Shown: positions 41,129 to 55,463, numbered from the stretch's first letter. The stretch: 64,000 nucleotides of DNA from Octopus vulgaris (GCA_951406725.2 OX597829.1:57536001-57600000); one strand, 5' to 3'. Notes: generated by a model from the sequence alone, not told the origin. A program made the numbers and translations.

Positions 41129-44100
41129 CTTTTTTTTTCTTCTTTCAAATTTTCTTCCATTTCTTGCCGAGTGTCTTCCCGACTCCTAGGGCAAAGAAAC
41201 TCATAGTGTATATTGGTAGGCCATTAAACCAAACTCAGTAGTTCGTTCATTTTTTTTTTTTTTTTTTTAAGTTAAATTAAAATACATGAGCAGCAACAGT
41301 TCTCACATCGACAATGCTCTTCTCAATACGTGTGATGTACCAGTTAAGACAATCTTTTGCACTTCTTGCAGGGATGGTAAGCCAGGGATCATTCTCATAT
41401 AATTTTCGGTTCCCTTCTTGATCATTCCTAGTGCTCCTACGATCACTGGTATTGTAACCGCCTTAAGATGCCACATTTTCTCAATTTCAATGAGTAGGTC
41501 TTTATATTTTCTGAGCTTGTCAAACTCTTTCGCTGAGATATTATGATCACAGGGGATGCTCATGTCGATCAATAAGCAAACTTTATTGTTTTGGTCTTTC
41601 ACAACAATATCTGGTTTATTGGCCTTGATGGTTCGGTCTGTATGTACTGGAAAGTCCCACAGAATGGTTACATTTTCTCCTTCAGTTACAGCCTCAGGGT
41701 GGTGATTATACCACTTGTCGGCAGTTTTGATATTGTAATGCCGACTTATTAGCCAGTGGAGATATTGGCCAACTCTGTCATGTCTTAATTTATACTCCAC
41801 TGGTGCTAAGACTTTACATCCAGAGATTAGGTGGTCCACTGTTTCAATCATGTCGTTGCAGAATCGGCATTTTGGGTCTGCTCCATTTTTCATCACATTG
41901 GCCTGGTAGTTCCGGGTTGATAGGCTTTGGTCTTGAGCAGCCAGGATGAAACCTTCGCTCTCTGCTTTTAGCCCTGAGCTCCGCAGCCACTAATGGGTTT
42001 GCTTCTGGTCAACATCAGCTTGTTTGCTGCGGGTCACATATTTGCCGTGCAGAGGTTTCTCCTCCCACCTATCAGCCAATTGCTCGTGCGCTTTTTTCAT
42101 TGCCATCATTTTCACCTTCTTTGCAACAATAGTTGCCGTACTTCCCTCGGGTTGTTCAGTTTGGGTATCCTGCACGAGATCAATAGCAAATTTTTTGCTT
42201 TCCTTGATGATAGAATAAAGCTTCTTTCGTCTCTCGCGATTTTCCACGAGCTTTAGCATCCAGTCATTCGATATTTCGAGATATTTGGCCAGTCCAATTA
42301 TGGTTGTTTTGTAAGCTAGTTCAAATTGGATCAGGCCTCGACCTCCTTGGGCTCTGGGAAGGTAAAGGCGATCTACGTCTGCCTTTGGGTGGTGCATCCT
42401 ATTACAACTCAGCAGCTTGCGTATTTTTCTATCTATATTCTTTACTTCACTCATATTCCAGTTCAACACATTGTAGCTATAAGTAACAACTGGAACTGCT
42501 AGGGAATTTATAGCTAACACCTTGTTACGTGCATTTAGTGCAGATTTCAGGACTGCACGAACTCTCCTATAACATTCCTTCCTGATTTTTTTCTTTCATG
42601 CTTGCATGCTGAATACCAGAGCCTTCATTTATCCCTAAATATTTGTATGTTTGTTCGTGCTCAAGCTCTCTTATGACTGTGTCAACATCTAACACGACTG
42701 AATTTGTGGTCTTCACTTTCCCTTTCTGGAAAGTGGCCTTGGCACACTTCTCAAGTCCAAACTCCATCCCGATGTCATCGCTGAATGATTTCACGGTGCG
42801 CAATAGGCCTTCAAGTTCATTATTGTCTTTACCATAAAGTTTTAAGTCATCCATATAAAATAGATGGCTTATTTTTTTATTGGCAATTTTATACCCATAC
42901 CCTGTTCTGTTTAATTCACTTGTAAGGGGTATTAGGGCTATGCAGAATATTAAAGGTGAAAGTGAGTCACCTTGAAAAATTCCACAGTTGATGTTTATAT
43001 TTTCTGAGGCAAGTACTCCATTAGAGTGGTATAATTGGAGATTCGTATTCCACAACGACATATTGTGCTTCAGGAAGTTTGAAATCACAGGGGATATTTT
43101 GAAGATGTCCATCGATCTCAAGATCCATGGATGCGGTATACTGTCGAAGGCCTTTTTATAGTCAATCCATGCGGTGCTGAGATTTCTGCGCTTGTTGTGA
43201 CAGTTCTCAAGGATCATACGATTGATTAGCAGTTGATCTTTGCATCCGTAAGAGCCTCGGCGGCACCCTTTTTGTTCAATGGGGAAAATATCGTTCTTCT
43301 CCATGAATGCATATGTTTTCTCCGCCAGGATAGATGTTAGGATTTTATACGTGGTGGATAGACAGGTTATAGGCCGATAGTTTTTTGGAAGGTTGGTTTC
43401 GTTATTCTTTGGGAGTAGGTAAGTAATGCCACCTGCTAACCATTCAGGTGTTTTCTTTGGGTCTCTCATAATTCCATTGAGCAGCTGAACTAGCTTACCG
43501 TGTGCGCATGGGAGCGATGCGAGCCAGAAATTCGGCACCCTATCTTTACCGGGGGATTTCCAATTATGGGCCTTCGTGAGTGCCTTTCTTAGGTCTGCTA
43601 TTGTGATGTCTTCCCATGCATGTTGTTGTAAATTTTGGTAGGATCCTTCAGTTTGTATAATCCAGTCTGCATTTATGTTGTACGTCTTCTTGTCACTCCA
43701 AATCCTTTTCCAAAAGTTTTGAACTTCTTCTATGGGAGGGGGTCTTTAACGGTTACTTTCTCCTTCCCTATTTCTCTGTAGAATTTTTTGGCATTGGATG
43801 TGAACAGCTTATTTTGCTTGTAAAACTTGTTTCTCTTCTCAAATCTTCGTATTCTTTGGGCTTTTGCTTGGACTTTTTGTTTCAGCGTTTCTTTTATTGA
43901 TATCAGTTCTTCTCTTGGTGAGGATCCAAATTTTCTCTTCATCTTTCTTCCTGTTCTGGATCTTACATCATTTCCACATATTAGTTCATTTAATATTGAT
44001 ATTTCCCCTCTCATAAATTCAATCTCTTTTTCAATTTTACTTCTCCAGGTTTGATTTCTTCCCAGGTTTTGTTTTCTTTGTTTTTTCGGGGGCATACAGC

Positions 44101-44922
44101 TGGTTTCAATTGCCCTAGCAGAAGCGTAAATAATTTCATTTAACTCAGTAAAATCAGGTTTTAATTCTCGTATTATTTCATTTGTTACATAGTTGCCAAT
44201 TTGGATTTGTTTTTTATTTTGGTTTGTATTTGAGAGTTTATGAAGCGGTTCTCTAATCATTCATACTTGTATGTCTTACAACTTCAAGCGTATTCAGGAT
44301 TTTCTGCCTCATTTCTGCTATAGACTCTCTGTGTTCTTCAGCAAATGCGAGATCTTCAGTTACTGTTGTTTTTTCGTTTTCCTGGCTATCTTTAACAGGT
44401 ACAATAGAATTTCTTGTATCTTCAGGCCTTTGCGTACTTTGGTCAGATGGCAGTCTTTCAATTAAGCCTCGTGGCGGGCTATACTGTTCATCTGATTCTT
44501 CATTTCCTTTGTGTCTTATATTTATGTCATTTTCCGTTGCGTGCTTGATCGCGCTTATTTCACTGTCTGTGAGTCTGTTATTTCTAAAGATATCCCTCCT
44601 CACATTTGCTAATTCGTTCTCGTCCAAATAGGGCCTACTGTCTTGATTCCGTGTTCTCCATATACTGTAAGAGTTTGCGGTGTGTCTCTCTTGAGATGGC
44701 CTACCTAATGCATAGTAATAAGCGTATATTACTTCTTTATACTCTTCTCGGGTCCATTTGTTCCGCTTACATTTTTTCTTTCTGTGGTGGTTGTGGTGGT
44801 GAACTTGGAGGGCTCGAGTTGGGGGATTTCCCGTTCAAGTGACCATCCATGTCCGTATTCGGAGAAGAGTTTGTGCCAGTTGATGACTTTTCGATCCCAG
44901 GCTGGCTCTTCCAGCCTGGGAT
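41129..44922 (-). mobile_element. Full-length R4/Dong-clade non-LTR retrotransposon (RT + CCHC + REL endonuclease), near-intact
   Basis: Single-ORF layout: N-terminal WTREEY...YAYY; NYRPITCL; GIFQGDSLSP; HLFYMDDLKLY; CRFC...H...GC; RHD; KPDIVV...LIDMSIP...K..KY; stop at 41303; three frameshifts (about 44255, 43740, 42590) and one stop (41990); (TTA)n both sides. Confidence 0.95.
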
Positions 44923-44924
44923 AA

Positions 44925-45014
<90 letters not shown>

Positions 45015-45400
45015 GCTAGCACATGCTAATTTAGTTTGCAGGTATGTTCTCTTTAGGTTTTGTGACAACAGGTCTCTTCAAATCTCAAGAATTTTTCTTA
45101 GGATCCATACAGAATATAAGATGGTAATTTTCTGCTGATCGACAACGAAAGTTCCAATTCCTATCCCTTTCAGTCTTTTAGGAAGCATTTTTGAGTTTTG
45201 TACCAAGTGCACCAATTACCATAGGAATAATTGTTGTCTTGGTCTTCCACACTCTCCTCAGCTCTCTGGCTAGATACCGGTATTCATAAATTTTTTTCTA
45301 TTTCTTTGAATTGCTTGGATCAGTGAGTCTAGGTCTCTCATTTTGTTGTATATAGCTTGAGGTCTGTCTCCAATCCCCAATGACCATGTATTTACGGTCA
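45015..45400 (-). mobile_element. Old R4/Dong endonuclease fragment
   Basis: ELRRVWKTKTTIIPMVIGALGT on -. Confidence 0.7.
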
Positions 45401-45409
45401 ATAAAGAAT

Positions 45410-45465
45410 CTTCATCATCATCATCATCATCGTCGTCATCATCAGTGTCATCATCATCATCGTCG

Positions 45466-45508
<43 letters not shown>
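45410..45508. repeat. (TCA)n microsatellite
   Basis: Direct reading. Confidence 0.97.
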
Positions 45509-45509
45509 T

Positions 45510-46315
45510 TTCATTAGCATCTTCTTTTAAGCTCTGTTTCCATTTCTTGCCGAGTGTCTTCCTGATACTTAGAGCAGAAATACTTATTGTATACATTGGT
45601 GAGTCATTAAAACAAGCATGCCAGATTGTTAATTTACAGAGTCATGTGACAGAGATAAAGGGGAAAACAGGGAGAAAAAAGGGGAAATAAAAAATAAACA
45701 ATTAAAATAAAGGGAAAAAAGGAAAGAAACTTCACAGTGACGATGCTCTTCTCAATACGTGTGATGTACCATTTAAGACAATCTTTTTCACTTCCTACAT
45801 GGGATCATTCTTAAATAATTTTCATTTCCTTTTTTCATCATTCCAAGTGCTCCTACAATCACTGGTATTATAATCGTCTTGAGATTTCACATCTTTTCAA
45901 TTTCGATTGGCAAATCTTTAATTTTCTGAGCTTATCAAATTCTTTTGCCGAGATATTATAGTCACAGGGTCTTCTCATGTCAATCAATAAACAGGCTTTA
46001 TTGTTTTAGTCTTTCACAACAATATCTGGTTTATTTGCTTTGATGGTCTGATCTGTACATACTGGAAAGTCCCAAAGAATAGTTACATCTTCTCTCTCAG
46101 TTACAGCCTCAAGGTGGGGCTTGTAGCATTTGTCTGCAGTTTTGATTTTATAATGCCAACACATTATCCAGTGTAGATATTGGCCAACTCTATCATGTCT
46201 TGATTTGTAATCTACAGGTGCTAAAACCTTACACTCAGAGATTAGGGGGTCCGCTGATTCAATCCCATCATTGCAATATCGGCACTTTAGGTCTACACCG
46301 TTTTTCATCACATCA
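45510..46315 (-). mobile_element. 5'-truncated R4/Dong copy, same family as 41129-44922
   Basis: CRYC...RHDRVGQYLHW...KPDIVVKD; shared 3' UTR catttcttgccgagtgtcttcc. Confidence 0.9.
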
Positions 46316-46795
46316 GGTGAAAATTGTGAAATAAACTAACAAAAACTGTCTTCTTGTTATCTTTGTAACATACCTCTAGTTTCAACTTTTATGTTACGAC
46401 CACTCTCGGGTTTACCATTGTCTTCTGCAATCGTCTTTTGATTTGTTCTTTGTGTTATTGTAGTAGTACTAGCTGTTGATTTTGTTTTTGTTGCTGTTGT
46501 CCGTGTTTGTTTTGGTTTTATTGTAGTTGATGACACTATTGCTGCTGTTTAGTGTTTTTGTCTTTGTTATTCTTGTCAATGTCGTCGATAATTTTGGTGT
46601 TTCCGAAAGAGACTTGTTTCTTGGAGTTCCAGAAACTTTTGTCTCAACTGCTGAAAATATGTATTTGTAAACTCCGTGTTTTATGTCTGTTTTGAGAGAA
46701 AATGGTTACATTTAGAATTTACTGTATCAAGGCATTGTATCAACTTTCTAAAAAGTTTCCATTGTGAAAATTGAAGAGAAAATTATTATTATTTT

Positions 46796-47283
46796 TGTGA
46801 GAGGGCAGTTCATGCCATCAAAGTGACACTGGGGTTAAATATACGAAGCCCAGTATACCCATCATGACTACCCGTCTGATAAGGGTACACGAGGCACATG
46901 CATCACAATCATGTGTGCGCGACATGGTGATCACATATCAAGATAAACAGCACATGACCTTGTAGGTGGGACCCAGTTAGAATTTTCTTCTGGTCGAGTA
47001 ACTCATCCCACTCAAAAGGTTCCGGAATAAAGGTTGTTTAAGGATGTTGAACGAAACACTCTGTTTCCAGAGGTGAATTATTCAAACCCCAAAGAATCCC
47101 TCTCAATACTTGGCTATAATACTCCCCCACTACTTCTGCTCGTGATCAGAGATGCACATATCATCAGCCACCAAGGGACATGCTCAACTGGTTAAGATCA
47201 AACAACTGACAAGCAAATCTGTGGAATAGAGCAGAATATTTGCTGTAGCCCATCTTTTACACCAAGACAAAACAATGTTCATG
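46796..47283 (-). mobile_element. Second copy of the 550-bp (TAA)n-associated element
   Basis: Colinear with 49431-49915; TTA repeats on both sides. Confidence 0.88.
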
Positions 47284-47284
47284 A

Positions 47285-47458
<174 letters not shown>

Positions 47459-47459
47459 C

Positions 47460-47501
<42 letters not shown>

Positions 47502-47516
47502 GTTATTATTATTATT

Positions 47517-49385
47517 TTATGTTTGACTTTTGCTTTACATTTGCACAAGCTGGCTCCAAGTCTCACTCAGAGACCTCAAGAGACAACAAGTTAGAAGTTC
47601 ATGTTGGTGTTATGCCTAGGGTGCCATATATTTGGTTTTGTACAGAGTGTTGTTCTAGAGAATGTTTAAGAAACCATAAGAAAATTATGTTTGTTTTATA
47701 TAATTTGAGATTACATAGAAAGTATTTTGCGTAGGATATGGGCAGTTCCCATGAGCACTATCTTTTGAATTTCTGCCATTTTGGGGTTTCCTGGTATCTG
47801 AGTTAGGTAGCAATCAGCCCCTTTTGCTATCATTCCCAGGGCACCTATGACAACAGGTATTATTTTTGTCTTCAGGTTCCACATTTTGCTGATTTCTATT
47901 TCCAGATCTTTATATTTGCTCAGTTTTTGGTAGGTCTTGACAGATACGTTTATATCGATTGGGACAGTCATATCAATGAGGAGGCATGTTCTTTGTCTGA
48001 AGTCTTTCAATATGATGTCTGGCCTATTCGCGTCTATCTTTCTGTCAGTTTGAATGGTGAAGTTCCAGAGGAGTGAGATGTGGTCATTTTCAAGCACTGG
48101 AGGTGGATTGTGTTCCCACCAGTTTTTTCATGGGGCAAGTCCAGGCTTTTGCAAATTACCCAGTGAATATAGAGTGCTGCTCTATCATGCCTGTTGAGAT
48201 ACTCTGTGGACGCAAGAAGACTGCACATGGAGACAACATGATCAATGGTTTCATTTTGTTTTTGACATACACGACATGTTGGGCAGCTGTCGTTCTTTAA
48301 TATGTTGGCCTGGTAGTTTCTTCAAGGTAGGCATTGATCTTGGGCTGCTATGATAAACCCTTCTGTTTCTGATTTTAAACCAGAAGTCATTAGTCATTGA
48401 TGGGTCAGGGCTTTGTCAACCTCGGCAATATTTGCTCTTTTTGGGTATTTGCCATTGACAGGTTTTTCTTGCCATTTATCATTCAGAATATCTAAGGCAG
48501 CAGTTTTAGCATGGGTTTTCATGCGCTTAGCTTTTTCTGCGCTTTTTTCTCGTATGTCTAATTCCGGAATTTGTTGTATTCGGAATTCACTTAGATATTC
48601 CTTTGCCTGTTTTGTAACTGAGTATAATGCTTTCTTGTTTTCATGTTTTGAGACAAGCTTTAACATCCAGTCCTCAGAGTTTTTCAGGTAGGTGTCTAGG
48701 CCAATTGTGGCAATTTTCATTGCTAATGCCAGTTGTAAAAGTCCACGGCCCCCCTCTTTTCTTGGCAGATAAAGTCGTTCTATATCTGCCTTAGGGTGGT
48801 GCATTCTATGCATTGCCAACAGTTTTCGTATTTTTCTGTCAAGATTACATATTTCACTAATTGACCAGTTAATGATATTGAAACTATAAGTCACGACTGG
48901 TATGGCTAAAGTATTGATCGCTTTGATCCTGTTTCTCGCATTCAGCTCTGTCTTGAGTATTGCTCTTACTCTGCGATAACATTCTCTCCTGATCCTTTCC
49001 CTCATCACTGAATGTTTGATTCCATCCCCTTCAAATACCCCTAGGTACTTGTAGCTCTCCGCTGGTTCTAACTCTTTTATGACATTCTGCTGGTTGAGGC
49101 AAACGTTAGATGTTTCTATTATTTTTCCTTTGATAAAGGTAGCTTTTGCACATTTATCGAGGCCAAATTGCCTCCTGATGTCATCACTGAATTGCTTAAC
49201 AACCACTAGTAAGCCCTGTAGTTGTTGGTCATTTTTTACAAAGAGATTTAAATCATCCATATAAATGAGATGATTTATATTTTTATCAAATATTTTATAT
49301 TATCATAAGAGATCCATACTGCGCGACATTGAGCAATTTTGAGAGAGGTATTAAGGCTAAACAAAAGAGGAGTGGTGATAGTGAT
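47517..49385 (-). mobile_element. 5'-truncated R4/Dong element of a second subfamily
   Basis: SLSPLLFCLALIPLS, HLIYMDDL, HPKADIERLYLPRKEGGRGL, RHD, RPDII...LIDMTVP; flanked by (TTA)n. Confidence 0.92.
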
Positions 49386-49389
49386 ATTA

Positions 49390-49430
<41 letters not shown>

Positions 49431-49980
49431 GAGTGAGTGAGCAGTTCATGCCATCAAAGTGACATTGGGGTTAAATATACGAAGCCCAATATACCCATCA
49501 TGACTACCCGTCTGATAAAGGTACACCAGGCTCATGCATCACAAACATATGTGCGCGACATGGTGATCTCATATCAAGATAAACAGCACATGACCTTGCA
49601 GGTGGAGCCCAGTTAGAATTTTCTTCAGATCGAGTAACCCATCCCGCTCAAAAGGTCCCTGAATAAGTGTTGTTTAAGGACGTTGAACGAAACACCCATG
49701 TTTCCAGAGATGAATTATTCAAACCCCAAAGAATCCCTCTCAACACATGGCTATGATGCTCCCCCACTACTTCTGCTCGTGATCAGAGATGCACATATCG
49801 TCAGCCACTAAGGGACATGCTCAACTGGTTAAGGTCAAACAACTGACAAGCAAATCTGTGGTATTGAGCAGAATATTTGCCATCTTTTATACCAAGACAA
49901 AACAATGTACATGATAACACTTCCAATCAGTTAAGATCAGAAGCCATGAGAGCCATTGCCTGGTACTGCATCAGGGCATT
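49431..49980 (-). mobile_element. Longest copy of the 550-bp (TAA)n-associated element
   Basis: Bounded precisely by (TTA)n on both sides; no coding motif recognised. Confidence 0.88.
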
Positions 49981-50055
49981 TATTATTATTATCATTATTA
50001 TTATTATTATCATTATTATCATTATTATCATTATTACTACTACTACTACTACTAC

Positions 50056-50088
<33 letters not shown>

Positions 50089-50184
50089 TACTACTACTAC
50101 TATTACTACTACTACTACTATTATTATTATTATTATTATCATTATTATCATTATTATCATTATTACTACTACTACTACTACTAC

Positions 50185-50220
<36 letters not shown>

Positions 50221-50319
50221 TACTACTACTACTATTACTACTACTACTACTACTATTATTATTATTATTATTATCATCATTATTATTATTATTATCATTA
50301 TTATCATTATTATCATTAT

Positions 50320-50406
<87 letters not shown>

Positions 50407-50458
50407 TAGTACTACTACTACTACTACTACTACTACTATTATTATTATTATTATTATT

Positions 50459-50504
<46 letters not shown>

Positions 50505-50505
50505 T
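49981..50505. repeat. Compound (ATT)/(ACT)/(ATC) array switching to (AAT)n near 50460
   Basis: Direct reading. Confidence 0.97.
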
Positions 50506-50569
50506 ATGAAAACTGTGATTTTATTTGCTGGGAATGATGGAAAGTGTCAGCTGTCCACAACCAGCAGAC

Positions 50570-51180
50570 TAAGGTGACCCTTGTTTATTAATCATACTTC
50601 AAGAATCCTGCAAAGAACTCTTGCAATTCCAACCAATGTTGATTTTTGTAGTTGTTCTCTCTTTACATTCGTTCCAGTCTTTTTGAACCACGTTGGTAGT
50701 TGAGTGCTGATACTTCCAAGTGCACCAATCCCTATTAGTACCTTTCTCATTGCCCTCAACCTGCATATCTCCCATTTCGGTTCATCACAGTTGTTCACTT
50801 TTTCTTCTTTCTCTTCAATGCTGTTGTCATTATATCAATTATCAGGCATTTTTTTTCTATTCACTCCAACAATGTCATACTTTCGATGTTTAATCTAATG
50901 GCCACACTGAATCACTGCATCCCACAGGATTTTGCAATCTTCATTCTCAGTAATTCGTTCTAGGATTTGGTCATACCACATTTTTGCTCTTTGCAAGCCA
51001 TAATTTCCACAGAGCTCCCAATGAATCATTCTTGCCACCTTGTTATATTGTAGTTTGTATTCATGTTGTGCCAGTTTCGGGCATTCACTAACAATGTGCC
51101 CGAGTCTTTCAACCTTTTCACCACACATTCTGCCTGTGTCGTTCTCAGTTGTGTCGTTCATTCTGCAATTCACATTAGTT
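50570..51180 (-). mobile_element. R4/Dong 3' fragment of a third subfamily
   Basis: RMCGEKVERLGHIVSECPKLAQHEYK, ILWD, IGALGSI. Confidence 0.85.
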
Positions 51181-51192
51181 TGTCCTCAATGA

Positions 51193-51370
51193 TTCTTCTT
51201 CTTCTTCTTCTTCTTCTTCTTCTTCTTCTTCTTCTTCTTCTTCTCCTCCTCCTCCTCCTCCTCCTCCTCCTTCTTCTTCTTCTTCTTCTTCTTCTTCTTC
51301 TTCTTCTTCTTCTTCTTCTTCTTCTTCTTCTTCTTCTTCTTCTTCTTCTTCTTCTTCTTCTTCTTCTTCT
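51193..51370. repeat. (CTT)n/(CCT)n polypyrimidine microsatellite
   Basis: Direct reading. Confidence 0.97.
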
Positions 51371-51389
51371 AAAAACGAACTAGCACTAA

Positions 51390-53292
51390 AAACAAAAACA
51401 AACGGTGACTGTATTTTTGTTGAAAGAAAGGACAAAAAAGGCAGCAGGGCCAATCTTTTCGAAAAAGATCTCTTAGAACATCTTGGGAAAAACTACGACT
51501 CCGTTTTCGACAACATTGTTCGAAATAAAAGTCGGTTTAAAGCCGCAGAGTCTCAAATACAAAAACTTTAGGTTCCGTCTGGAATCTAAAGGAGTATATA
51601 CAGAGAGGAAGGGATTGTGGAATAGTAGACGTTCGATTTCGCATCGAAGAAGTCAAATATCACTCTCTAATTCCTTCAAAAGCGAGGAGCTGTTGTTAGT
51701 TCTTTACTACTGAGATCAGAGACTGGCCAAAATCATCATTCAACAGATGCTGCAAGAAATAACCATTCCTTGCCTAACTGCTGCAGCGACGGTAGACATC
51801 GGGGAAAACTCGAAAATCTTCGAAGCCTATCAAATCAAAAAGGAGAACTGGTGCAGGTTGACCTGGCAGTAGAAAGAAACAGAGTAGAGACAGAGCGAGT
51901 CAAGCAGTTAGATGAGGCTTTTAGAAAAGGCATCGCGACCGACGTGCTCGCAATGAGATTGGCACTCGACCAATTCTTCAATGCGAAACACAAAGGTTAC
52001 GTTGTCAGAACTCAGGCATGAGCTCTTAGACACGAAGGGACGAAAGCCGTTCAATGGGATCGAGTGGCAGAGACACAGCGTGGAAATAAATCCACGATCT
52101 GATCCTTGTCGGGCCACGAAGGGCAAATGATAACTGATCCGAGACAGATGTGTGCGGCTTTTCAGCGGCGCTTCGCTCGACTGCTTGGTAGCAGCGGTCA
52201 ACCGGGTCGCAAGATGGATTTCACGTCCAACCGCGACGGGCTGCCGCGATTCTCTGCGATGGCGGCGGAGCGCTGCGAAAGGCCGATAATAACCTTTGAA
52301 ATACTGGAAGCAATGACTAACTGCACGAGGGGTAAATCGCCTGGTTTGGATGGTCTGCTCTAAGAGTTCTACGCTTACATGCCAGACTTTTTCAGCGACC
52401 TCTTAGCAAATGTTTACAGCAACTGGTAACAGAATGGGAGAATTTCCAGTTTTGTGGCCGAGGAGCTGTGGCGTTGCTAAGAAAATACCCGAAGAAGGGG
52501 GATTGTATTGACAACCATAATTCTACTGAATGCAGAGTTCAAAATTTTGGCCAAGGTATCACCTACGATGTTGGTGCTTGTCATCGGGGATTTGGTAGGG
52601 GAGGCACAGACATATGCCATCCCGAAAAGACCCATCCATTATAACCTCCACCTCATGTGATACATCATTGAGAAAGCGGTTAAAGAACCTGGCATGGGTA
52701 GAGCCTCTGATCAATTTAGATCAGTCTAAAGCTTTCGATAGGATCGACCATCTATACCTGGTAGCAGTCCTCAAGGTAGCTGGTTTCGGGTCTGTATTCA
52801 GTGGCTGATGGCCATGGCGAAAGAGGTTGTAAGGTGGTGAACGAGATTGAAGGGGCTGAAGACAAACACTTTTCTCTTTGGCCAATCCCTGATCAACTTC
52901 TTCGAGTTTCACTTGAAAAGGAAAATAAAGGTAGAGAGGGAAGGGTTATCTTCTCGCCAATTTGCTGAAAGGTGGATGAAAATGGCAAGAATGGTGCAAA
53001 TGAACGGGCCTGCCCTGAGCATATGCCTGTAGTTGGAGAAAAGGAAAGGAAAAAGGCACCTGCCCCAAAGGTCAGAGAACCCGGGGTTTTTTTATGGGGT
53101 TTTTCAATGAGGGGCCCTCGAACATCTCCTCCCTACTGAGGATCACACATCGAGGATTTTTTAAAATTTTGTTGGTTTACACGCAAAATCTTCAAAACAA
53201 CACACACTCACACACGTAAACATTCTTTGTTTTGTGTCCCGTACTGTCCATAATGTTTTCTTAATGTAAACCCTTTATGGTTAATAAAGAAA
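51390..53292 (+). mobile_element. Internally deleted Tx1/L1-clade LINE remnant
   Basis: KSPGLDGL, LLNAEFKILAK, INLDQSKAFDRIDH; 3' end with AATAAA at about 53283. Confidence 0.8.
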
Positions 53293-53327
53293 TTATATAT
53301 ATATACATACATACATACATACATACA

Positions 53328-53359
<32 letters not shown>

Positions 53360-53360
53360 A

Positions 53361-53427
<67 letters not shown>

Positions 53428-53430
<3 letters not shown>

Positions 53431-53690
53431 TTTGCTTGTTTCAGTCATTAGACTGTAGCCATACTATCTAAAAGTGTTAGTCGAACAAATGGACTCACGA
53501 GGCTTTTGTCGTCAAGGGCTATAGTAAAAAACACTTGCCGAAGGTGCTACGAGTGGCATTGAACCCAGAATCTTGTTTGTGAAGCAAGCTTCTTAACTAC
53601 ATAGGCATCATATAAATGTGAGGTGCTGCTTTCTTTTATTCTTCTATGCATTTCAGTCGAAAAGCTGTGGCCATACTGGAGCACCGCCAG
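53428..53690 (-). mobile_element. Deleted CORE-type SINE fragments
   Basis: ttgtttcagtcattagactg, acacttgccgaaggtgc, gaagcaagcttctta. Confidence 0.75.
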
Positions 53691-54294
53691 AATCATTACC
53701 TTTTCGATCATTCTTACCTGGTTGGCTTTTGCTGAATGACATTGATACTGCTGTCCTCATCTGAGTCTCTAACCGTGATATAGGCTAATCTGGGATCTTC
53801 TTGAACGCATCTACCTTCACTCCACCTAGATCCTTCGAAACTTTCAGCAAGATATTAAAAAGCTCTGGGCCCTTGAAATTCAAGTTTGTAGTCCTTATTC
53901 GAAATGGGCAGGTTGGGACCTTTGGTAGCGCGTAGTAACGTCTTTTCGGTGGTTGTAAATCCTATATTTCTAGCTCATATTTTAAGATTAATAAAATGAA
54001 TAGCAAACAAAAGAATTTTAGTGAAATAAGACAAGGGAGAATGCGAACAGTGGAAGAGTAATTTAAATTTTGATTCAGATTAGATCCAGGAGATACTTTG
54101 AAATCGATTTCGAGGTAACTTGAAGCAGGAATCTTTCCACAGTTTATCTATGCTACACATGAGTACAAATATGCATATATTCATAGACATCAACCGATTC
54201 AGACAACCACAAACATCTAAAACCAGTCTTGATTGAAAGAGAAAGGGTCTTTCCTTATTTCTTGCTTACCGGCCACATTGAATTTTCCAAATAA

Positions 54295-54415
54295 CTATAT
54301 TGGTCTTGGGTTCAATCGCACTGCGTGACATCTTGGGCGAATGTCTTTTATAGCCTTCGAGCCGATCAAAGCTTTGCAAATGGATTTGGTAGACACAAAC
54401 TGAAAGAGGCCCAGT
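54295..54415 (+). mobile_element. CORE-type SINE 5' fragment
   Basis: gggttcaatcgcactgcgtgacatcttgggc...ggatttggtagac..aaactgaaaga. Confidence 0.8.
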
Positions 54416-54514
54416 TTACACACACATACGTACATACGCGCGCGCACACACACACATACTGCAATGTAGGTATTCTAACACCCTAGTCATTATTTAGTGA
54501 CAATTATAATTTTC

Positions 54515-54551
<37 letters not shown>

Positions 54552-54555
<4 letters not shown>

Positions 54556-55283
54556 GGCGACTCCAGGTAATCAGCGTCATTCGGGTTCACAGATTTCTCA
54601 TAAGACACATGCCTGCTCGAAGAATTTCAAGTTTTTCCACTTTGTTTTCTAGCCCCAAATGGCTTTTATATTTTTCTATAACTAGCAGTATGTCTTTCTC
54701 CATTTCTAAGTTAAGGGTAAAAATAAAGCAATCCCACAAAACACAAATAATCTTTACTCGCAAACGCATAGAATAACAGCAACCAAACAACGACAGCGGA
54801 GAACTACACAACAAACACCAGCGACGAGGTAGTCTTTTACGCCTATCAGGCTCGTTTGTTTTAGCCCGAGTTGCTGGATAAGTTTTCGTTCCTTTAAGAA
54901 TATTGTAAAACGGAAACTTTTCATAGATTGGAATTTAAATCCTAATCTCTATAGAAATATATTGTTTCAAGAAAACATAGAATTTGAATGACTCTTAATT
55001 TTTACGATTATAGATAACATTTCGGGCTGTAACTTCTGAGCCCGATTCAGACCCGTGTGAACGATGTCGAGAGAACGTCTGCTACTAATGATATTTTTTG
55101 ACATAGGGCACCTCTCAGACGACCGTCACACGCTGAACGAAAGGAGCCCGAGTTATTGACTGAATTTGCATACTTGAAGTTACAACGTTGGCAGAAATTG
55201 AAGCAGCTTGCAAATGCACGTGAACTTTACTAAATTTACACTCAGGCTAAGCCCGAACAGCCTGAGTGACGCAGTCGCCACTG
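54552..55283. mobile_element. Possible non-autonomous hAT-like element
   Basis: Short TIR-like ends tagaggcgact / agtcgccactg; no TSD found. Confidence 0.3.
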
Positions 55284-55463
55284 CCGAATTCTATTTGGTG
55301 AAATTATTGATTACTTCTTAATTAATTAATTTTACCCTTTGTTATTATTGATATATGTATATATATTAATAGTATGACAACAAAATAATGAATGAGACCT
55401 GAATATTATGTAAATAGAGGAATTTATCTGTAAATGTAATATGTGACAATTATTCGGTTGCCA

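Noticed and set aside
49958-49978. Minus-strand hairpin loop AUGCAGUAC resembling U2 snRNA stem-loop IV
   Set aside because: Only about 9 nt of similarity; no Sm site or other U2 regions on the same strand
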